64,000 nt of DNA from Candidatus Fimenecus sp. (GTDB lineage Bacteria > Bacillota > Clostridia > Oscillospirales > Acutalibacteraceae), in NCBI GenBank assembly GCA_045632525.1, contig JAZQWV010000046.1, positions 574 to 64,573 on the forward strand, read 5' to 3'. The translations under genes were made by a program, and so were the position numbers. The notes under the pieces are model-generated. The model had not been told where the DNA came from, searched no databases, and saw only the letters and a program-made list of their open reading frames with translations. Shown here piece after piece: positions 58,400 to 64,000 of this stretch. Each line of letters begins with the position of its first letter. The first letter of the stretch is position 1.

Positions 58400-59260
58400 T
58401 GCACCAAAGGTTTGGTGCCGAGAGCTACAGTCTGAGGTCTGCGACAGGCTGAGAATCACTGGCAGAAAGCCCTTGAAGTCGGGTTAGACTTCATCAGCCG
58501 ATGCCCTAAGGCTGATTATCCGTATGACCCGTAGGCGTGGTAATACGGAATTAAAGAGCTATCACTGTTCTGGCAACGGACAGGGTGATATATTAAATGG
58601 GCATCACGGAATGTAAGTGACCTATTACGTTGCTCGGTTTTATGATTACCCGTAATTAATCAGAACCCACATTCACGCTGTGGTCCAAAATACGATAGTA
58701 GGAAAAGCCGTGATATACAAAGCCCGTCACGAAGGCAATGTGAATTTTAAAGTGCGGATAGCAGAGCCGTTACGAAACGAGGATTGTTCGACTGCGAACC
58801 TGCGTACACGGCAGACCGGATGGTATAGTGTAAAAAAACCACTTGTGCACAGTGGGCGAAGATGCAAAGTGCAATATACAGATATGCTTTCACTTATGGC
58901 AATCTGTGAACGAAAATAAGTGCATAACGACGGCTTGGATTCAGCCATAAGTTATTGACGAAAATTATGGAATCCACGACGTTTGAGAGTTCCGTCGTAA
59001 AATAAAACTGCTCAAGCGGTGGTGCTACCGTCCATTAAGGGAATTCTCCAGCCCTTATGGGAATTGCACACGAAGTTTCCGGGGTTTAATCGGTAATGAA
59101 AATCCCCGCCGAACGAGCCCTTAGTCTCGGCCAGGCTGAAATGCCTTGCACTCGGCGTAGCGTCAGTAAATAATACAAGGTTATTTACACTCTTGAACTA
59201 CAAGAGAACACGCACGGAAAATCTATTAATCTTGCGTTAAAGTGTAAATAGATTAAGCCA
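58400..59260. ncRNA. candidate large structured ncRNA (GC-rich, helix-dense, ORF-free); identity unknown
   Basis: Hand counts give 45-62% G+C per 60-nt line versus about 28% in the neighbouring gene. Many nested helices. Only mutually overlapping RBS-less ORFs. Confidence 0.4.
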
Positions 59261-59312
59261 AGTACTAACCTTATTTTACAGCAGAATACCAGAACAGAAC
59301 TTTCGCTTTGGG

Positions 59313-60045
59313 ATGATTTATGACTGTCTCTTCGAGAGTGTATGATTTACTTTTCGAGAGCAAGTTGCACCTGCTAAACAAACCTTCGGCTCTCTGCAAG
59401 TTGTCATTCGTGGAATGAATGACAAGCTGCAGGAAGCCGAAGAGAATAACAAACAAACTACAAAGCAGGTGCTATGACTATCATTTCTATGATGATAAAT
59501 GACTGTCCTTTTGAAATGATTTATGACTCTCTTTTTGGGAGCCGAGCCGTTTCTATTGGACGAAGTCAGATAGAAACGGCTCGGAGACGTAGTCGGAGAG
59601 CCGAGATTAGCAGGGCATAATACCCCGCGTCAAAGAAGAATCAGTAAGAAATGAAGGTTCGTACACACCTTTGACAGTGGGTGTATTATGCCCTGCGTAC
59701 TTTCATTTTAAGAGCCATATAGAGTAATTATAGATTAATATTAGATTACATTTTACAATGACTTTAATTTGTATATGGCTCTTGTATGATTGATGATTTA
59801 CTTTTCGAAATGATATATTACCTATCTTTTTGAAATGATATTTTGAAATTACTTTCATTCCCCTAAAAAAGGATTGTGCTGACCGTCCTTTCGAGATTAC
59901 TTTCTTTTCGATATCATGTCAGCACAATCTGCTGAAAGATTTTTATGCTTTACGTTTTGATATGATATATGACTTTCGTTTCGAAATGAGCAATGCGTTC
60001 CTATTTTCATTTTGAAATGCTTTATGACTGTCATTTCGAAATGAG
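59313..60045 (+). repeat. array of about 12 direct iterons, consensus (T)TATGACTGTC(N)TTTCGAAATGAG, interspersed with three long inverted repeats
   Basis: Copies start at 59313, 59341, 59497, 59519, 59791, 59813, 59838, 59881, 59898, 59965, 60000 and 60020. The best copy contains the 14-bp palindrome TCATTTCGAAATGA. Confidence 0.7.
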
Positions 60046-60211
60046 GGGGCAAAATTTTCGTCAACAGAATTATTTTCGTCATGAGAACCCCAAATATTTT
60101 ATTGACGAAAATACATCTATTATTACTATTCTCGTACACAGTTTTTCACGCAAGGCTCGGTCCCTATCCTTGCGTTGAAATAAAATTTTTAGAGAAAGGA
60201 GACGGTTTGCT

Positions 60212-61165
60212 ATGTCAGATTCTAATAATATTACAGTGCTAAACCCGGGTCTGTATAAAAACTTGTTGGCACAGGTTGAAGCAATTTACAACCACAGTAA
60301 TGAACTTAGTTTTAAAACAAGAGCTCGGTACTTTGAAGCAACAAAAAGGTTATGTAAGTTTTTAGCCGATAATTTTCGTTTGCAAAACTTCAAGAATGTG
60401 GAAGACCGGCACTTTAAAGCGTATGTGGAACACCTGAAAGAAAACAATTCCGCTGCAACTATTCAATCCGATCTGTCGGGCATACGGTATTTCCACAGAA
60501 AATCCGGTAGTAAAAACAGGCTATCCCCTAATAGCAAGTTAAATCTGCCCAAACGAGCGACGGGTGTAAAAGACCATTCGCTATTAGATAAAGAGCTTGT
60601 CAATATTCGACAGTGGGCTATCCAAACAGGTCGGCAGGATGCGGTAATTGCGATAGACTTTTCCAGTGAATTTGGTCTACGGCTTGAAGAAATCTGCACA
60701 CTGAGAGTTGAATACCTTATGTCTGCATTAAAAACAGGACAGCTCGTCATAAAAGGCAAAGGCGGTCAGACAAGGGCTATTGATTTAAGCGCAAAGCAGC
60801 GCGGTATTATTACCGATAATTTGAACTATGCCAGGTGTTCAGGGCGGTATCCAAGAGATTATTTAATCTCAAGAAGTGAAAAGGGCGGCGTACAGCGAGA
60901 AAAGCGTTCTTTGCAGAATTGGATGAGTTATAACAGAAAATACTTTATGGTAGAAAACCGTGAGGATTTGAGTGAAGACGGTAAAAAGAAAAGAACTGAA
61001 ACAATCTCATGGCACAGTCTGAGACACACCTATGCACAAAGAACCTATGAAGAAGCTTTAAAAGAAAGACCGAAGAAAGCCCGAAAGATTGTAAGCGAAA
61101 ACTTAGGTCACCATCGGACTGAAGTAACAAGAATTTATTTGGCCGATAAGCCAAAGAAAAAGTAA
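60212..61165 (+). CDS. tyrosine recombinase (317 aa, plasmid/resolvase-like size)
   Basis: FGLRLEEICTLRV, KGKGGQTR, WHSLRHTYAQ, LGHHRTEVTRIYL: the full catalytic set. Confidence 0.85.
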   Translation: MSDSNNITVLNPGLYKNLLAQVEAIYNHSNELSFKTRARYFEATKRLCKFLADNFRLQNFKNVEDRHFKAYVEHLKENNSAATIQSDLSGIRYFHRKSGSKNRLSPNSKLNLPKRATGVKDHSLLDKELVNIRQWAIQTGRQDAVIAIDFSSEFGLRLEEICTLRVEYLMSALKTGQLVIKGKGGQTRAIDLSAKQRGIITDNLNYARCSGRYPRDYLISRSEKGGVQREKRSLQNWMSYNRKYFMVENREDLSEDGKKKRTETISWHSLRHTYAQRTYEEALKERPKKARKIVSENLGHHRTEVTRIYLADKPKKK

Positions 61166-61377
61166 TCTATTAATTAAAATTGTGAAGGAAGAATTTAAAT
61201 TGACTACAATATCCTGCTGACGAAAATCTGTAGGATTGATATATAGGGACAAAAAATAGGAAGAATGTAACGGCGGTGACATCCGTCACCGCCTGTAAGG
61301 AGTATTTATTATGTTATATGTTTCAAGGCCAGCCTCCGGCGGAAATGGAGGCAAATAATATAGGAGGTAAAGTGTCC

Positions 61378-61584
61378 ATGAAAGATATTAGCGTTCCCAT
61401 TTGGCAGAAGAGTAATTTAACACTCGATGAAGCCGCCGCTTATTCCGGCATCGGTAAAAACACTATGCGTAATCTCTGTAACGCAGAAGATTGCGACTTT
61501 GTGTTATGGATTGGTGCAAAGCGGTTAATCAAGAGACAAAAATTAGACGAATATCTTGCTAATCGTACTCGCATTGAAAGATAA
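61378..61584 (+). CDS. excisionase/MerR-type HTH protein
   Basis: LTLDEAAAYSGIGKNTMRNLC...LWIGAKRLIKRQKLDEYL. AGGAGG upstream. The longer track ORF starts inside a 9-bp GC hairpin. Confidence 0.65.
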   Translation: MKDISVPIWQKSNLTLDEAAAYSGIGKNTMRNLCNAEDCDFVLWIGAKRLIKRQKLDEYLANRTRIER

Positions 61585-61681
61585 CAACTGAAAAAGCAGG
61601 TTTTCCGTCGCAGTATGTGGCTCTCACACACGCCACATACTGTGTTGGGAAATCGCAGGACAAGGAAAGGAGCGTAGTTTA

Positions 61682-61918
61682 ATGTCCCTTTGCTTTTCCA
61701 GTTATAACGAGGCTTATCAGACTATGTTTACCGAGTATAAAGATATTGTTTCCGTTAAGGAAGCATCCATAATGCTTAATACCGGCAGAAAACAAATTTA
61801 TAAACTCTTAAAGCAAGGTAAGCTTGATAAGCTCGAACATAACGCTAAAGGATTTTTAATCACGAAGCGTTCGATTGTAGCTTATGTATTAAATGCTTCA
61901 CAAGAAGTATCTGCATAA
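61682..61918 (+). CDS. excisionase-family HTH protein
   Basis: VSVKEASIMLNTGRKQIYKLLKQGKL. AAAGGAG RBS. Confidence 0.65.
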   Translation: MSLCFSSYNEAYQTMFTEYKDIVSVKEASIMLNTGRKQIYKLLKQGKLDKLEHNAKGFLITKRSIVAYVLNASQEVSA

Positions 61919-62032
61919 GCTACACCGCCTGTTTTCAGGCGGCATACATGCTTTAAAATAGCCGTAAATCTATTTAATGCGGCTTTATGAAGGAGAAGTT
62001 CGAATTGTTAAAGTGTGTGAAAGGAAAGAAAA

Positions 62033-63214
62033 ATGGTAAAAGGATCCGTACAGGAAAAAGGTGGCTATTTGCATACCGTTATCAGTTACACCGATAAAGA
62101 CGGTAAGCGAAAGCAAAAATGGCAAAGCACAGGGCTTACAGCCAAAGGTAACAAGCGTAAGGCACAAGAATTTTTGAAAGAACGCATTGATGAGTTGGAG
62201 ATGACACTTGAACGTGAAGAAACTCAAATACCCGATATGCCGTTCTCGCAGTTTATGTCAAACTGGCTTACGATGATTAAACCCACCGTTTTAATTACCA
62301 CCTACGGCAGCTATCAGTATTTCATTGAAAAGAGAATTAACCCCTATTTTGATGAAAAGAATATTACACTGCAAAAGATACGAACAGTGGATATTCAAGA
62401 GTATTACAACACAATGTTGTCGAAGGGTACGAAATGGAATTCGGTTGCAAAGCATCATGCAATCATTCGCAAGGCACTCGATTATGCGGTTAAGATGGAT
62501 TACATATTAGTAAACCCCGCAGTAAAAATCGAAACACCTAAGCGACAAAAGTTTATTGCTGAGCATTATAACCGTGAGGAGCTTCAGGAACTTTTTGAAG
62601 CAGTAAAGGGTGATTTGCTTGAAGTTCCCGTTATACTCTCGGCGTTCTATGGGCTTCGAAGAAGTGAGGCTTTAGGACTAAAGTGGAGTGCGATTGATTT
62701 CGAGCAGAAAACCCTATGTATTAAGCATACTGTGTGCCGAATATCTGTTGACGGCAAGGATGTAATTGTTCGCAAAGACACTACGAAAAATAAAACAAGT
62801 CTTAGAACGTTGCCCCTAATACCTGATGTTGAAAAATTATTGCTTAAAACCAAAAAGCAACAAGAGAGCAACCGAAGAAAATGTCGCAACGCATATAACA
62901 AGGAATTCCTTGATTATGTGTGCGTAGATGATATGGGGAATCTTTTAAGGCCGGATTATCTGTCACAACATTTACAGACTGTGCTCAAAAGAAATAACCT
63001 AAAGCATATTCGGTATCACGATTTGCGACACTCTTGCGCTTCGCTATTACTTGCCAACGGTGTATCTTTAAAAGAAATCCAAGACTGGTTAGGCCATTCG
63101 GATTTCAGTACAACGGCAAATATTTATAGCCATTTAGAGTATGGAGCCAAGGTCAAGTCTGCTAACAAGATTGCAGAAAACTTGAGCCTTGAAGAAAAGA
63201 CAAAGGACGGGTAA
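62033..63214 (+). CDS. int: tyrosine integrase with N-terminal arm-binding-type domain (Tn916-Int-like layout)
   Basis: GSVQEKGGYLHTVISYTDKDGKRKQKW, GLRRSEALGLKWSAIDF, YHDLRHSCASLL, LGHSDFSTTANIYSHL. Confidence 0.9.
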   Translation: MVKGSVQEKGGYLHTVISYTDKDGKRKQKWQSTGLTAKGNKRKAQEFLKERIDELEMTLEREETQIPDMPFSQFMSNWLTMIKPTVLITTYGSYQYFIEKRINPYFDEKNITLQKIRTVDIQEYYNTMLSKGTKWNSVAKHHAIIRKALDYAVKMDYILVNPAVKIETPKRQKFIAEHYNREELQELFEAVKGDLLEVPVILSAFYGLRRSEALGLKWSAIDFEQKTLCIKHTVCRISVDGKDVIVRKDTTKNKTSLRTLPLIPDVEKLLLKTKKQQESNRRKCRNAYNKEFLDYVCVDDMGNLLRPDYLSQHLQTVLKRNNLKHIRYHDLRHSCASLLLANGVSLKEIQDWLGHSDFSTTANIYSHLEYGAKVKSANKIAENLSLEEKTKDG

Positions 63215-63237
63215 ATCCCGTCCCATACATAACTTAT

Positions 63238-63270
63238 TTCTAACAGAATTCTAACGGATTTTTTGTAGAA
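63238..63270. promoter_or_regulatory. TTCTAAC motif cluster (candidate arm sites)
   Basis: TTCTAAC-agaa-TTCTAACGG ... TGTAGAA. Confidence 0.4.
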
Positions 63271-63367
63271 ATACCCTCATTTTTGACATTAGAATCACTT
63301 GAATTTCGAGGGCTTTTCGGATAAAGAAAATCTCTCAAACCCGCATAAACACTGGGTTTGAGAGATG

Positions 63368-63454
63368 ATGGTGCGGGTAACAGGACTTGAACCTGCACAG
63401 CCTTGCGACCATTAGAACCTGAATCTAACGCGTCTGCCAATTCCGCCATACCCG
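63368..63454 (-). tRNA. island-borne tRNA-Leu(CAG), intact, 87 nt with encoded CCA
   Basis: GCGGGTA/TACCCGC acceptor, GCG/CGC D-stem, TTAGA-TTCAGGT-TCTAA anticodon arm, long variable arm, GCAGG-TTCAAGT-CCTGT T arm. Confidence 0.9.
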
Positions 63455-63483
63455 CATATATGACTTAAATCCTTTCAAAAATC

Positions 63484-63519
63484 TTAGAACCGAAACGGTT
63501 TGTTAGAAATCCGTTAGAA
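63484..63519. promoter_or_regulatory. TTAGAA motif cluster (candidate arm sites, right arm)
   Basis: TTAGAAC ... TGTTAGAA-atc-CGTTAGAA, inverted relative to 63238-63257. Confidence 0.4.
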
Positions 63520-63643
63520 ATAAGTGTTTTTTTGAGATTTTTGAACAAACAGGAATCAAGGTCAAAAATCGTGAAACCCCTTGATTTTATGCGGTTCTTC
63601 TAAAGAAACAGCAGAGGTCTGAAAGAGCCTCTCGCGCGTTAGT

Positions 63644-63682
63644 ACCTGAATCATGCGTGTTTGCCAATTTCACCATACCCGC
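63644..63682 (-). pseudogene. 5' half of host tRNA-Leu(CAG): acceptor to anticodon loop (attR of island 2)
   Basis: Minus strand reads GCGGGTA-TG-GTG-AAATTGGCAAA-CAC-G-CATGA-TTCAGGT, then non-tRNA sequence. Confidence 0.8.
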
Positions 63683-64000
63683 ATATTAAATTTTCTATTT
63701 TTTCTTTTTATAAAAAACTACTTTGTAACCGGGCCCACGTGACACTTGCGGTGCCCAAAATCTTTTTTCACTTGGAGCGTGAAAAGATTTTGACCGCTGC
63801 GTCTTTTTAGCCTTCGCTTCATCCTCCACAGGAGGCGCTCTGCTAAAAACTGCCAGTTCCGTCACATCCGCATATATTAAAATGCTCGTTTATAATAACA
63901 TTTTGCCCCTTAAAAGTCAAGGAGAAATGGGAGAGATAAAAAGCAAAAGGATGGGATTTACCCATCCTTTTTGTGTCTATGTCTTAAATGAGTTTTGCCT

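Larger units (their letters stand above)
49562..63643. mobile_element. ~14.1-kb mosaic integrative island inserted in the anticodon loop of tRNA-Leu(CAG)
   Basis: Flanked by the two complementary tRNA halves sharing the 8-bp core ACCTGAAT (49554-49561 and 63644-63651). The int/xis module lies at the right end. TTAGAAC motif clusters occur in both arms. Confidence 0.75.

Noticed and set aside
58400-59700. Group II intron or retron-type element
   Set aside because: No reverse transcriptase or maturase ORF anywhere in the window. I could not find a domain-V-like 34-nt hairpin with the conserved AGC/bulge pattern, or GTGYG...AY boundaries in a sensible arrangement.
59313-60045. Possible CRISPR array, because of the many short direct repeats
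   Set aside because: The repeats are degenerate and often abut each other with no unique spacers of regular length. The period is irregular. No cas genes or leader are present.
58189-60178. Track ORFs 58189-58407(-), 58680-58919(+), 58727-58948(-), 59271-59456(-), 59897-60139(-), 59993-60178(+)
   Set aside because: They overlap one another on opposite strands and lack RBSs. They lie in the helix-dense or iteron DNA, and their translations are low-complexity or repeat-derived.
61276-61377. Long N-terminal extension of the Xis-like ORF (track start 61276)
   Set aside because: The extension begins within the 9-bp GC hairpin GGCGGTGAC/GTCACCGCC (61271-61292) and has no RBS. The ATG at 61378 follows AGGAGG.
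63240-63449. 69-aa ORF on the minus strand
   Set aside because: It is the translation of the tRNA-Leu gene and its flanks and has no RBS.
49508-63454. Classical model: island integrated into the 3' half of the intact tRNA-Leu at 63368-63454, with 49508-49561 as its displaced 3' end
   Set aside because: The 49508-49561 fragment has anticodon-stem strand TCATG, which pairs with CATGA of the 5' fragment at 63644-63682 and not with TTAGA of the intact gene. D-stem and variable-arm differences agree. TTAGAA arm-motif clusters also occur on both sides of the intact tRNA, placing it inside the element.
63925-64000. Possible ORF starting at ATG 63927 (MGEIKSKRMGFTHPF...) running off the right edge
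   Set aside because: The AAGGAGAA is only 2 nt from the ATG. The reading frame runs through a stem-loop (AAAGGATGGG/CCCATCCTTT plus T-run) that looks like a terminator. Too little sequence to support a call.

Overview
Low-GC, Firmicutes/Clostridia-like chromosomal segment. The backbone holds ordinary housekeeping and carbohydrate genes: a glmS fragment, pduL, HAD phosphatases, an EamA transporter, GDPD, IMPase, a glycan-utilisation locus (GH13, beta-helix protein, GPH symporter, ~1000-aa hydrolase), a permuted GH3, an MMPL transporter and a uxaA/uxaB hexuronate operon. It also holds a cell-envelope cluster with two tandem B12-binding radical SAM enzymes, a nucleotidyltransferase, a GT2 and a divergent GT-C-like membrane protein. 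Two tRNA-associated islands interrupt the backbone. (1) A ~7.1-kb element lies downstream of an initiator-type tRNA-Met and is bounded by a 49-bp direct repeat of the tRNA 3' half. It carries integrase, excisionase, a rolling-circle Rep, an AbiL-like AAA-ATPase/RloB pair and a zinc-ribbon membrane protein. (2) A ~14.1-kb mosaic element is inserted in the anticodon loop of a tRNA-Leu(CAG). The two halves of that tRNA lie 14 kb apart and refold perfectly when joined in silico, and the island carries its own intact tRNA-Leu(CAG). Island 2 also contains a type I toxin-antitoxin-like locus, an NDT/TIR-like 532-aa protein, a SLOG/DUF1273-like protein, a GIY-YIG/degenerate-recombinase/HTH fusion and three recombinase-type genes. 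Most notably it has a 2.27-kb ORF-free stretch: a GC-rich, helix-dense candidate large ncRNA followed by an array of about 12 iterons with a palindromic core. No rRNA, CRISPR array or transposase was seen. All family assignments come from motif recognition by eye, not from searches.
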